A stretch of DNA of 56,796 bases from Dehalococcoidia bacterium UBA6495 (GTDB lineage Bacteria > Chloroflexota > Dehalococcoidia > Lucifugimonadales > UBA826). The notes beneath the pieces were generated by a model. It saw nothing but the letters and a program-made list of their open reading frames with translations. It made no database searches and had not been told where the DNA came from. Below, in pieces: positions 39,293 through 48,540 of the stretch (its first letter is position 1; every line of letters starts with the position of its first letter). The translations under genes were made by a program, and so were the position numbers. The stretch is from the NCBI GenBank assembly GCA_002435305.1, contig DJMH01000036.1, forward strand, positions 86,750 to 143,545. Reading direction: 5' to 3'.

Positions 39293-40558
39293 TCAATGAA
39301 CTTGTTGTTGGTTAATTGTCTTAGGCAATTTCAATCCAGCTAAAATTGCTGTGGATATCAAGGCGACAACTCCGCTGAAAATGAAACAACTTTTTATGCC
39401 TAAATCAGTGTCAGATAAAAGCCCGGCTATCACTGGTCCTACAGTCCCCAAAAAACTTGCCCCATAAATTAACGAGACTACGGTGGATTGTGCCCTTCCT
39501 TTTGCAACGTCCATGGCTGCTGCAATAAATATCGTGTGGAGTGAATATACAAAGGCACCCATTGCCAACACATTGAGAACGAGTTGGACACCATCATCAG
39601 CAACACTAAGAGTCAAATAGAGAACTCCTAGGAGAGACATTGCAGGCACTAGCACAATTTTCCTTCCGTATTTATCCGACAACCAACCCATAATAGGTTG
39701 CGCAACAATTCCAGTTGCCTGTGCGCCTGCAATGAAAAGTGCTGTTGTGATTGCATCTTTCCCAAGTGTATCAATCAAATACACCGGCAAAAATGCAACG
39801 ATCGTCGCTTGAGCCATGGACCGAAAAGCAGTAACAAAGATAAGGCCTAGCATGACTTTATCTTTGAGCAATAAGCCAACATCCCCAAAATAATCTCTTA
39901 GTGACGCAGTATCACTATCAACAGTTGGAATATTTCTCATCATCAAATAAACAAGTACAGCGAATAATAAGGCTGGGAAAACACTGATTTTAAGAACTTC
40001 ATTCCACTGGAAAGCTACTAAGTAAGTAAGCGATATAATTGAGGCCGTTTTTACAGACTCAGTCGTTAGCAACCCAACCACAATAGGTCCAAGCATTTCC
40101 CCAACAGAACCACCTGTACCATGTAGGGATATAGCAAATCCTCTTCGGTCTGGAAATTTCCTCGACAATGAGGCTATTGCTGGTGGGTGATATAGAGATG
40201 GCCCAATGCCAACCAATAGCATCACAGCCAATACCCACCAAAAGCTGGGTGCAAACCCGAGAAGGAAATACGATATACCCATCATGCTCAGAGAGATAAA
40301 AAGCATTAGTCCGGCTCTGTTGGCAAACCTCTCCCCTAAGTACCCTGCCACCATAGTTGTCGCGCCACTCGTCCCTCTGCCAACACTAGAAATAACGCCG
40401 TATTGTGTGTTTGATAAACCTAAGTCACCTTTCATTAATGTTAAAAGAATAGGCAAAGCTGAATTGAATACATGCTTGACGGCGTGTCCCAATGTGACAG
40501 TGACGGCTAATTGGTTTCTTCCCTTTCTGAGTTCCGGGCTTACTTCAACAGACTCCAT
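39293..40558 (-). CDS. MFS transporter, substrate unknown
   Basis: 421 aa with about 12 hydrophobic helices. Confidence 0.8.
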   Translation of the reverse strand: MESVEVSPELRKGRNQLAVTVTLGHAVKHVFNSALPILLTLMKGDLGLSNTQYGVISSVGRGTSGATTMVAGYLGERFANRAGLMLFISLSMMGISYFLLGFAPSFWWVLAVMLLVGIGPSLYHPPAIASLSRKFPDRRGFAISLHGTGGSVGEMLGPIVVGLLTTESVKTASIISLTYLVAFQWNEVLKISVFPALLFAVLVYLMMRNIPTVDSDTASLRDYFGDVGLLLKDKVMLGLIFVTAFRSMAQATIVAFLPVYLIDTLGKDAITTALFIAGAQATGIVAQPIMGWLSDKYGRKIVLVPAMSLLGVLYLTLSVADDGVQLVLNVLAMGAFVYSLHTIFIAAAMDVAKGRAQSTVVSLIYGASFLGTVGPVIAGLLSDTDLGIKSCFIFSGVVALISTAILAGLKLPKTINQQQVH

Positions 40559-40618
40559 TTATCTCTCCAAGAACTCAGTGGTCAAAACCGGTGAATCATA
40601 ACATCTCGTGATGGACAT

Positions 40619-41449
40619 TCATTGAATTCCCGATTCTTCAGATTTCCAATGTTCATAGAAATGATTAAGAGGTCCGTGGCCATTCCCGATCTGTAAATCA
40701 TGCCTAATTGAGCCGGTTACAAAAGCTTTTGCTTGACTGACAGAATTTCTTGTCGATAACCCTTTAGCAATACCAGCGGCGATTGCGGATGCGAAAGTAC
40801 AACCAGTACCATGCGTGTTGAGTGTGTTGACTCTTTTAGTCGTGAACAGATGAAAGGATGTCCCATCATAAAATATGTCGGTAGCTGGTCCTTCATTTAT
40901 ATGACCACCTTTGACCACGGCTGTTTTACAACCCATTTCTACCAGTTTGACAGCAGCAGCTTTCGCACTATTCACATCTACAACATTTATACCTGTAATG
41001 GCAGTAGCTTCCGGTCCATTTGGAGTAACGACTAACGCAATTGGAATGAGTTCTGTTTTTAAAGCTTCTATAGCTTCATCCTGTAATAACGTATCACCAC
41101 CTTTTGCGACCATAACAGGATCAACAACTACATTCTCGATTTGATATTGGGATAACTTCCCTACCACAGCTCTGATTATTTCAGAGCTAGACAACATACC
41201 AGTTTTAACAGCATCAGTTCCGATATCTGTCAATACAGAATCGATTTGATTTTCAATTAAAGTGACTGGCAATTCCAATATAGCTTGTACCCCAGTAGTA
41301 TTTTGAGCGGTTATGGCGGTTAATGCTGAAGTTCCATATACTCCATTTGCGGCAAAAGTTTTAAGGTCTGCTTGAATACCGGCGCCTGCACCAGAATCTG
41401 ATCCAGCTATCGTCAAACACTTTGGTGTGGTCTTCATACGTGCCGTCAT
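40619..41449 (-). CDS. thiD: hydroxymethylpyrimidine / phosphomethylpyrimidine kinase
   Basis: AGSDSGAGAGIQADLKT and GTGCTFASAIA. Last gene of the riboswitch-controlled operon. Confidence 0.93.
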   Translation of the reverse strand: MTARMKTTPKCLTIAGSDSGAGAGIQADLKTFAANGVYGTSALTAITAQNTTGVQAILELPVTLIENQIDSVLTDIGTDAVKTGMLSSSEIIRAVVGKLSQYQIENVVVDPVMVAKGGDTLLQDEAIEALKTELIPIALVVTPNGPEATAITGINVVDVNSAKAAAVKLVEMGCKTAVVKGGHINEGPATDIFYDGTSFHLFTTKRVNTLNTHGTGCTFASAIAAGIAKGLSTRNSVSQAKAFVTGSIRHDLQIGNGHGPLNHFYEHWKSEESGIQ

Positions 41450-41475
41450 TGTTGATCCCCTAAATTCATCTTCGT

Positions 41476-42135
41476 TTAAACATCAAACCAGAGCTCATCA
41501 TTGTATGCAGATTCCCAAAACAAAAATTCATATCTAAGAGCTGTGTGAAATAGGTAATCGGCTCTTTCGGCTGTTATTTTTGAATCGCTATTTATATAAT
41601 TTTCTAACCAAGACACCAAGTCCCCAAGTACTTCAGGTCCATGAAGGTCAATCCATTCTCTGTAAACAGAATTGGCCGGTTTGGCTTTTTCTTCCATCAA
41701 CCGGGCTCCCCAATCTAAATAAGTACCTTCGGTGACATATAACACCAAAACAATTTCATCAAAAGTACCTTCAAAAGACGTCCTGACTAAAAAGTCCCCA
41801 AAGGCTTGAGTAGTAGGGGAAGCCTTAACAGAGGAATAATCTTTTTCAGATGCTCCTAACTGATTAAAAAATCGCATAAATAGGTCGTTTTCTGGATCCA
41901 ACACACCAGTCAGAAAATCATTGAAAATCGAGGCAGCGTTCAAATCTGGAGCTTTTGCAACTGCTTGAGCTGCCAAAACGACTAAATTATTTACAAAAAC
42001 ATAATCCTGAAGGAAATATGTTTTGAATATCTTGGGCGGCAAGGAATCATCGCCCAATTGTGAAACAAAGCGATGATGAGTCATCAATTCCCACAGGCCA
42101 CAATATTTTGCTTTCAAATCAGAAGTTAACGTCAC
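41476..42135 (-). CDS. tenA: TenA-family thiaminase II / aminopyrimidine aminohydrolase-like protein
   Basis: 219 aa. HRFVSQL, FLQDYVF and YEFLFWE motifs. Thiamin-operon context. Confidence 0.85.
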   Translation of the reverse strand: MTLTSDLKAKYCGLWELMTHHRFVSQLGDDSLPPKIFKTYFLQDYVFVNNLVVLAAQAVAKAPDLNAASIFNDFLTGVLDPENDLFMRFFNQLGASEKDYSSVKASPTTQAFGDFLVRTSFEGTFDEIVLVLYVTEGTYLDWGARLMEEKAKPANSVYREWIDLHGPEVLGDLVSWLENYINSDSKITAERADYLFHTALRYEFLFWESAYNDELWFDV

Positions 42136-42150
42136 TTTCCAGAACCTTTT

Positions 42151-43149
42151 TTACTTTATCCAACGCCCAGATTCGGAAGAAAATTTGTCTGTGAAAGCAG
42201 CTTTTGGATCTAGATTTGCATCGATAATGTTCCTCGCTTTCATCCAGTTAGAAAAAGATACCCATCTGCGCTCTTCCTGAGTCCCAAATCTGCCGTTCTT
42301 TCCCTTCCACAAATCCTGGAGCAAATCTGCCCCTGGCCTATCAATATCTTCATCTATTTCAGGAGCGTATTTCTTCAAAATATCAACACCCGTTTGCGGA
42401 TCGGAAATGGCATCAGTGTACCCCTTGCGGACAGCTCGGGTGAATCTTCCCACAACATTGGCATTTTCTGATAAATAGTCTTCGCTCGTCACCATCACCA
42501 ATTCGTAATAGTCGGGAACGCCCCATTCTTCCATTCGCATCACATTAACAGGATGTCCTTCATTCTTGAGAAGTATGCTCTCATGAGTAAAATAAGCTCC
42601 GATAATCGCGTCTACCGTTTCAGATATCATAGACAACCCCAATTCCCAGCCTACATTCACCAGTTCTATATCTTCCAGTCCATTTAGACCATCAGACTCG
42701 AGCATAGTATTTAAGGCATCTTCATTCCAAGGGATACCTGGATATCCTACCTTTTTCCCTTTCAGATCTTTCGGTGTTTTGTTTCCAGAAGACTGCAATG
42801 CCATTATAGAATTCAACGGGTGTTGCACCATACCCAAAACTGAAATGACCGGAACTCCTTCTGAGCGGGCTATTAGAACGTCGGGTTGGTAATTCATACC
42901 AAAATCATCTGCACCTGAAGCTACCGTTTGTAAAACAGTAGAAGGATCTGACGGGGTATATATTTCAACTTTTAAATTTTCTTCTTCGAAATAGCCCTTT
43001 TCCTGAGCGATGTATAACCCAATGTGATTAGCATTTGGGTACCAATCCAACGCAAGCTTCACTTGAACAATGTCTGTTGAGGTGTCGCAAGATATATTTA
43101 AGCAAGTTAATACTGTTAGCAAGATGAATCCCATTAATCTATTTTTCAT
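42151..43149 (-). CDS. thiY: NMT1/THI5-like ABC substrate-binding protein (ThiY-type, pyrimidine precursor)
   Basis: 332 aa. N-terminal signal peptide ending LNISC (possible lipobox). NMT1-like fold. Sits between the permease and tenA under a TPP riboswitch. Confidence 0.8.
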   Translation of the reverse strand: MKNRLMGFILLTVLTCLNISCDTSTDIVQVKLALDWYPNANHIGLYIAQEKGYFEEENLKVEIYTPSDPSTVLQTVASGADDFGMNYQPDVLIARSEGVPVISVLGMVQHPLNSIMALQSSGNKTPKDLKGKKVGYPGIPWNEDALNTMLESDGLNGLEDIELVNVGWELGLSMISETVDAIIGAYFTHESILLKNEGHPVNVMRMEEWGVPDYYELVMVTSEDYLSENANVVGRFTRAVRKGYTDAISDPQTGVDILKKYAPEIDEDIDRPGADLLQDLWKGKNGRFGTQEERRWVSFSNWMKARNIIDANLDPKAAFTDKFSSESGRWIK

Positions 43150-43182
43150 TCATCATCCTTTATAAATTTGTATTCCATAAAC

Positions 43183-43947
43183 TTAATTTCTCTGTTCATT
43201 GGACCACGGTACAAACACCTTCTCAAGATAGGTTATTAAAGCAAATAACCCTATCCCTATAAAAGATAGAATTATGATCGCGGCAAATACTCGCTCAGTT
43301 TGAAATTGCGGCTTCGATCGAATCATCAGATACCCGAGTCCTTCACTAGAACCAACCCACTCACCGATTACCGCACCTATCACACTGATCGCTATGGCAA
43401 CCCTAAGACCCGAGAACAAATAAGGGAGGGAGGATGGGATCATAATTTTCGAAAAAACCTGAGCTTTTTTTCCCCCTAATGTATGCATTAACTTTTGAAT
43501 ATCGGGATCGATAGATTTCATGCCATCCACAGTATTAACCACAATGGGGAAAAAACTTATCAAGGCTACCACTATTATTTTGGGTGCCAATCCATACCCA
43601 ATCCAAACCAATAACATGGGAGCTATAACAATAATCGGTACTGTTTGGGAAGCGATGATAAACGGATATAAAGCCTTTTCAATTGTCTGCGAAAGACAAA
43701 TAGCGGAGGCTAAAATGACACCCACAGCTAAGGCTAAAAAAAATCCTAGAATAATTTCTTCTAGAGTTACTAAGGTATGCCTCATGAGCATACTGTGATC
43801 ACTATAGATAGTGGTTGCCACAGAAGATGGTGAGGGTAACAGCCAACTAGGTATTTCTTGTATTTTCACAAGTAATTGCCATGCCCCAACAATCAAACAT
43901 ACTATTCCGAAAGCCGGGCTCCATTTAACCAACCAATTTATCATCAT
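43183..43947 (-). CDS. thiX: ABC transporter permease (ThiX-type)
   Basis: 254 aa, 6-TM binding-protein-dependent permease. Abuts the thiZ stop. Confidence 0.82.
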   Translation of the reverse strand: MMINWLVKWSPAFGIVCLIVGAWQLLVKIQEIPSWLLPSPSSVATTIYSDHSMLMRHTLVTLEEIILGFFLALAVGVILASAICLSQTIEKALYPFIIASQTVPIIVIAPMLLVWIGYGLAPKIIVVALISFFPIVVNTVDGMKSIDPDIQKLMHTLGGKKAQVFSKIMIPSSLPYLFSGLRVAIAISVIGAVIGEWVGSSEGLGYLMIRSKPQFQTERVFAAIIILSFIGIGLFALITYLEKVFVPWSNEQRN

Positions 43948-44721
43948 CTAATCCTGATCCCAAAGAAAGGAAAGTATTTTAGATTTCAATTCGACAAATG
44001 AGCTATCGTTGACGATCTCGCGGTCTCTAGGTCTTGGATATGGAACTTTCTCTACCGAATTAATCCGTCCAGGCCGTGATGTCATCACATAAATTCTGTC
44101 CGAAAGCATGATGGCTTCATCCACATCATGGGTGACCAATAAAACTGTTCGCTGTATCTTCTCCAGCAAATCCAGCAACCACATCTGTAGGCGAGACCTA
44201 TTTAATGCATCGAGAGCGCTAAATGGTTCATCAAGGAGAAGAATATCTGGTTCGGTTATTACAGTCCTGAGAAATGAGGCTCTTTGTTTCATACCCCCTG
44301 ACAAAGTATGTGGGTAGTTCGATTCAAAGCCAGATAGCCCAAAAGATTGGAAATGTGGCTCTACCATTTGATAAGACTTCCTCTTTGATACACCTCTGAT
44401 TTCCAAACCAAGGATGACATTATCTTTTACTGACCGCCATGGCAGTAAAAGATCCTTTTGCTGCATATATCCCACTGACCCCAATCTGGAATCAGAATCC
44501 AACCCATTTATATTTATGTCACCCCCATCAGGCTCATCAAGACCGGCAATAATGTTAAGAAGAGTACTTTTACCACAACCACTCGGACCTAACACAGAAA
44601 TAATTTCAGATTTCTGAATTGCTAAATCTACCCCGTCCAAAATTTTCAACGGGTTTCCGTCCTGATAAATGGTTTTCTCAAGACCAACAATGCTTATGTG
44701 GTTGTCTACTATTTTTTCCAT
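43948..44721 (-). CDS. thiZ: ABC transporter ATP-binding protein (ThiZ-type)
   Basis: Walker A GPSGCGKST, signature LSGGMKQR, Walker B LLLDEPFSALD. First gene after the TPP riboswitch. Confidence 0.85.
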   Translation of the reverse strand: MEKIVDNHISIVGLEKTIYQDGNPLKILDGVDLAIQKSEIISVLGPSGCGKSTLLNIIAGLDEPDGGDININGLDSDSRLGSVGYMQQKDLLLPWRSVKDNVILGLEIRGVSKRKSYQMVEPHFQSFGLSGFESNYPHTLSGGMKQRASFLRTVITEPDILLLDEPFSALDALNRSRLQMWLLDLLEKIQRTVLLVTHDVDEAIMLSDRIYVMTSRPGRINSVEKVPYPRPRDREIVNDSSFVELKSKILSFLWDQD

Positions 44722-44746
44722 TCAAATCTGAGCCCTCATGAAAACG

Positions 44747-44776
44747 CAAAAAAAAACCGCCCTCTATGTGGCGGCC
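44747..44776 (-). terminator. intrinsic terminator forming the TPP riboswitch expression platform
   Basis: Minus strand reads GCCGCC-ACATAGAG-GGCGG followed by nine T. Located between the aptamer and the thiZ ATG. Confidence 0.65.
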
Positions 44777-44798
44777 AGGATATTGTGTGCTTTTTTAT

Positions 44799-44891
44799 GG
44801 GGATCCCTCCGCTGGCATTACCCAGATCAGGTATTTAATGGGTCGACAACATCAGCGTTGCCCTCTCAGCCTGGCCGTTCCAAGCTCCCCC
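44799..44891 (-). promoter_or_regulatory. TPP (THI-box) riboswitch aptamer
   Basis: Minus strand reads GGGGGAGCTTGGAACGGCCAGGCTGAGAGGGCAACGCTGATGTTGTCGACCCATTAAATACCTGATCTGGGTAATGCCAGCGGAGGGATCCCC. It has the hallmark CUGAGA, ACCUGAUCUGGGUAAUGCCAGCG and a closing P1 helix GGGGA/TCCCC. Confidence 0.92.
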
Positions 44892-44918
44892 AAATTAGTT
44901 TAAATTTTTAATGGTCGG

Positions 44919-44927
44919 ATTTTAGCA
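44919..44927 (-). promoter_or_regulatory. candidate extended -10 promoter element for the thi operon
   Basis: Minus strand reads TGCTAAAAT about 28 nt upstream of the aptamer. No good -35. Confidence 0.3.
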
Positions 44928-44953
44928 TAAAATCACAACAAAATATGTGATTA

Positions 44954-46285
44954 CTAGGAAGTTTCCAATATATCGTGATGTCGAGGCGAAGGAGGTAGTG
45001 CCATGAGAACCAACAACATGGACACAACTAAGGCTGCCGCAAATCCCAAAAAGGCCCATTCATAACTACCCGTTTTATCGTATACAAACCCAGATACTAC
45101 TGGACCAACAATTATCCCTAACATTTGAATACTGCTTCTAAATCCAGAAATTGTTGCAAATGCTTTCCTTCCAAAATAGTCGGCAATAATGGACTGCGGT
45201 ATAACAGAGATTCCACCTTGAGAGATCGAATAGGCAACCAATCCTGGAACAGAGGAAGATAGGGAATCGGCTTTAGCTAATAACACAATAGATAAGGTCA
45301 TGAATAGTAGCGAAATCGCCATCATATAACGCCTATTAAAATAGTCTCCTAAGTAACTGAGGCCGAAGCGTCCTGGAATGCTGATGACACCAACTGAACC
45401 TGCATACGCTGCAGCCTCTATAGGGCTAGCCCCCAATCCAACAAAGTACGGAACCAAATGAAGTCCGACCCCTCCAGTAACTAGAGACCTCGCCATAATC
45501 GATAAAGATAGAAACCAAAAACTCGAAGTCTGAAGGGCCTCCCGAGCCGTGAAGTCAACTTCAATCTCTTCACTTTTAACGAGTTTCTCATTGGAGGGTT
45601 TCTGAGGAATTATTTGCCCATCGGGTAGGAATCCGTATTGCTCCGGCCTATGCCTCATCAAAGCAGCGACAGGAACACCAAAAAATATAACGAAGATACC
45701 TACGTAAATCGAAGCATCCCTCCACCCATAGGCATCAATAGCCCATCCCAAGGCTGGTACCAATAACCCTCCTAACCCCACTCCGGACCACATGATCCCA
45801 AATGCTAATCCTCTTTTTCTATTGAACCAATTTGCAACGGCAGCTGAGGCCGGCACGTGCATTCCAAGACTGTTCCCCAATGTTATGCCGAGAATATAAA
45901 CCAGCATAAATGTAAAGAGGCCACTAACCTGACTCAATAAAATGAAGCCCAATCCCATCAAGGGTATCCCGACTAACATTAATTTTCTTGGGCCCAATCT
46001 ATCAACCGCCCACCCTTCTGCAGGCCCAATAAATCCGGCTTCAAGTCTAGCCAGAGAGAACACGGCTGACACGGTAGTTCTACTCCAACCAAATTCCTTA
46101 CTTAAAGGAATAATAAAGTTGCCAAATCCGTGAAAATTAATTCCAGATGACATGGCCATTACAAAAGCACCGCCGATACAAATCCACCAACCATAGAAAA
46201 GCTTAAATCTGTTCTGTCCAGGATTCATCGGAGTATCTGGAATGTGATCTGAGTCAGTCGGGCTATCTTTTTTTCTAGAGGTCAA
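44954..46285 (-). CDS. MFS transporter (oxalate/formate-antiporter-like), substrate unknown
   Basis: 443 aa with about 12 TM helices. About 25 aa polar N-terminus. Confidence 0.8.
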   Translation of the reverse strand: MTSRKKDSPTDSDHIPDTPMNPGQNRFKLFYGWWICIGGAFVMAMSSGINFHGFGNFIIPLSKEFGWSRTTVSAVFSLARLEAGFIGPAEGWAVDRLGPRKLMLVGIPLMGLGFILLSQVSGLFTFMLVYILGITLGNSLGMHVPASAAVANWFNRKRGLAFGIMWSGVGLGGLLVPALGWAIDAYGWRDASIYVGIFVIFFGVPVAALMRHRPEQYGFLPDGQIIPQKPSNEKLVKSEEIEVDFTAREALQTSSFWFLSLSIMARSLVTGGVGLHLVPYFVGLGASPIEAAAYAGSVGVISIPGRFGLSYLGDYFNRRYMMAISLLFMTLSIVLLAKADSLSSSVPGLVAYSISQGGISVIPQSIIADYFGRKAFATISGFRSSIQMLGIIVGPVVSGFVYDKTGSYEWAFLGFAAALVVSMLLVLMALPPSPRHHDILETS

Positions 46286-46438
46286 TTGCCATCATTTCAA
46301 TAATAAATATCTGTGTATTTGGTATGAAAGTCTAACATTGTCGGAATCTAAAAATTTAGACCAATGTTGCAATTGGCAAAGTTTCGATGTTTCCAAGACT
46401 GATAAATCTGGTATTCTGTGTCTGGGTAAGCTTCTGTA

Positions 46439-46864
46439 ATGACAAACTCTAATTCAAACACGACTAGGCCCAATCTATTGGCGCTACTGGAGGATCATGG
46501 GCTTAGAATTACGGCCCCAAGACAAAAAATAGTAGATTATATTCATGGCGCTGCCGAAGGGTTTACCGCTGAGAAAATGGCAGATGATCTATCGAATGTA
46601 TCCAGAGCTACTGTATTTCGAACTCTGAAAATTCTGCTGGAAGCAAACGTTATATGCCGTCTTTCTATGCCAGGTGGAAATCCTAGATATTCACTCTCTC
46701 GGGTAGATCACCACCACCATACTGTCTGCATATCATGTGGCAGGGTCGGAGAGTTTAGAGCCTCGACTATTGAAAGATTATTAAAAGGTATCGAGTCAGA
46801 TATACCTGGTGCAATTGTCGGTCATAACATAGAGTTCTACATCAAATGCGACGTCTGTGTCTGA
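46439..46864 (+). CDS. Fur-family metalloregulator (Zur-like)
   Basis: 141 aa. wHTH, HHHHTVCISCG and C-terminal CDVC (two CxxC pairs). Its 3' end overlaps the convergent permease gene by 28 nt. Confidence 0.88.
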   Translation: MTNSNSNTTRPNLLALLEDHGLRITAPRQKIVDYIHGAAEGFTAEKMADDLSNVSRATVFRTLKILLEANVICRLSMPGGNPRYSLSRVDHHHHTVCISCGRVGEFRASTIERLLKGIESDIPGAIVGHNIEFYIKCDVCV

Positions 46865-47676
46865 GAAAAAAATCTTTCATAAATGGCACAGCACAGAAAG
46901 ATCGCAAATGAGATCAACGTCATTACAGGTCCCGAAGGAAGATCGAAATAATAGGATACATATAAGCCAGTCACTGTAGAAAACAACCCGAAGATTATTC
47001 CTAAAAGCATGGCCCTTGTGAACCTCCGCATCACCATTTGAGACGCAGCAGCAGGAGTTATCAACAAACCTACAACCAAAACCACCCCGACTACATGCAA
47101 AGTAACAACAATGGATATGCCTAACAGAATTAGGAACATGTAATTCAAGGCCCCAGCGTTTAAACCTGCTACGACTGACCCCACAGGATCAAATCCAGAA
47201 AAAATAAGTTGCTTGTGGAAGGTAACAAGAGCAACTAACACGAGAACAGTTAAAACAAATGAAATCAGCATATCAACCTTAGACACGCCCAAAATCTGTC
47301 CGAGTAATATGTCCTCGACGCTTACAGTGAGATCCCCAACCAAAGACATCAAAACTAGCCCAAAAGAGAACAATCCTGCAAACATGACCCCAACGGCCGT
47401 GTCCACACTAACATTCTTCTTGTGAATTAAATAACCAACTGACACGGCAACAACAATCGCCATCGGTACTGAACCCAAAAAGGGGGAGAGACCAAGAATT
47501 AAGGCAATCACTATGCCTGGCATTACCGCGTGAGCCATAGCATCACCCATAAAACCCATACCTCTGATAACTACATAGGCTCCTAAAATAGGACATATAA
47601 TCCCAACCATACTCGATACAAATAGGGCTCGAAGCATAAAGTCATATTGGAACGGTTCAAGGATGATGTTAATCAT
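46837..47676 (-). CDS. ABC-3 family metal (Zn/Mn/Fe) transporter permease
   Basis: 279 aa, 8-9 TM, ZnuB/MntB/TroD-like. 8-nt overlap with the ATPase gene. Confidence 0.85.
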   Translation of the reverse strand: MINIILEPFQYDFMLRALFVSSMVGIICPILGAYVVIRGMGFMGDAMAHAVMPGIVIALILGLSPFLGSVPMAIVVAVSVGYLIHKKNVSVDTAVGVMFAGLFSFGLVLMSLVGDLTVSVEDILLGQILGVSKVDMLISFVLTVLVLVALVTFHKQLIFSGFDPVGSVVAGLNAGALNYMFLILLGISIVVTLHVVGVVLVVGLLITPAAASQMVMRRFTRAMLLGIIFGLFSTVTGLYVSYYFDLPSGPVMTLISFAIFLCCAIYERFFSQTQTSHLM

Positions 47677-48487
47677 GATGATGGCCTAAGGAATGATCCA
47701 AAAACATTCCGGGGTGGGACCCATATAATTCTTCCAAAACCGCGGGAGTAAATGCTGTGTCTGGAGATCCTTGTGCACATACGTGCCGATTAAGACATAT
47801 AACTTCATCGAATCGATCGGCTAGTGTATTGAGATCGTGAGTCGCAATTAATATAGTTTTCCCTTGATCTTTCAGTTCTCTAAGCATATCGATCAACCCG
47901 AATTGAGATGCCACATCCACTCCACTAAAGGCCTCGTCTAAAAGCAAAATATTCGCTTCCTGACATAAAGCTCTGGCAATAAAAACTCTTTGCCGTTGTC
48001 CTCCTGACATTTCGCTAATTAACTGGTCCTTGTAATCCCACATATCTACCCGTTCCAAAGCAGATCGGACCTTCTCCAGGCTTGCTTTTCTTGAAAACCC
48101 TAATAGAGAATTGTTTTTTACTAGACCTAAGTCAACCACTTCTTGACCCGTCAATGAAAATCTCCAATTAACGTTTTCTCTTTGAGGTATATAGCTGATA
48201 GAACCTTTTGAGTCTTTGGGGGACCGGCCATTAACAAATATCGAACCATGGACTATATCTTGGATTCCAGCAATGGCGTTAAATAAGGTACTTTTCCCAC
48301 CGGCATTGGGACCTACCAACGCAGATAAAACCCCCTTACCTACTGAAAATGTAACGTCATCCAAAACTAAATTACCGTTAAATTCCACACATGCTCCAAC
48401 AGCTCTTATTACGCATATGCAATTGAGCCCGCACTTTAAACAACGATCTTCAACATCCAATTCGGGAGCCTTTCCTTGATTTTTCAT
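47669..48487 (-). CDS. metal ABC transporter ATP-binding protein
   Basis: Walker A GPNAGGKST, signature MSGGQRQR, Walker B LLLDEAFSGVD. Cys-rich N-terminus and a His-rich C-terminus LGHHHD. Confidence 0.88.
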   Translation of the reverse strand: MKNQGKAPELDVEDRCLKCGLNCICVIRAVGACVEFNGNLVLDDVTFSVGKGVLSALVGPNAGGKSTLFNAIAGIQDIVHGSIFVNGRSPKDSKGSISYIPQRENVNWRFSLTGQEVVDLGLVKNNSLLGFSRKASLEKVRSALERVDMWDYKDQLISEMSGGQRQRVFIARALCQEANILLLDEAFSGVDVASQFGLIDMLRELKDQGKTILIATHDLNTLADRFDEVICLNRHVCAQGSPDTAFTPAVLEELYGSHPGMFLDHSLGHHHD

Positions 48488-48511
48488 GTTGTCATAACTA
48501 CAACTAATATA

Positions 48512-48528
48512 TTGAGACTAAGTATCAA
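48512..48528. promoter_or_regulatory. candidate metalloregulator operator (imperfect 8-1-8 palindrome)
   Basis: TTGAGACTAAGTATCAA. Seven of eight arm positions are self-complementary. Lies between the predicted -10 and the ATPase ATG. Confidence 0.35.
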
Positions 48529-48540
48529 TTAAGTGTATAA

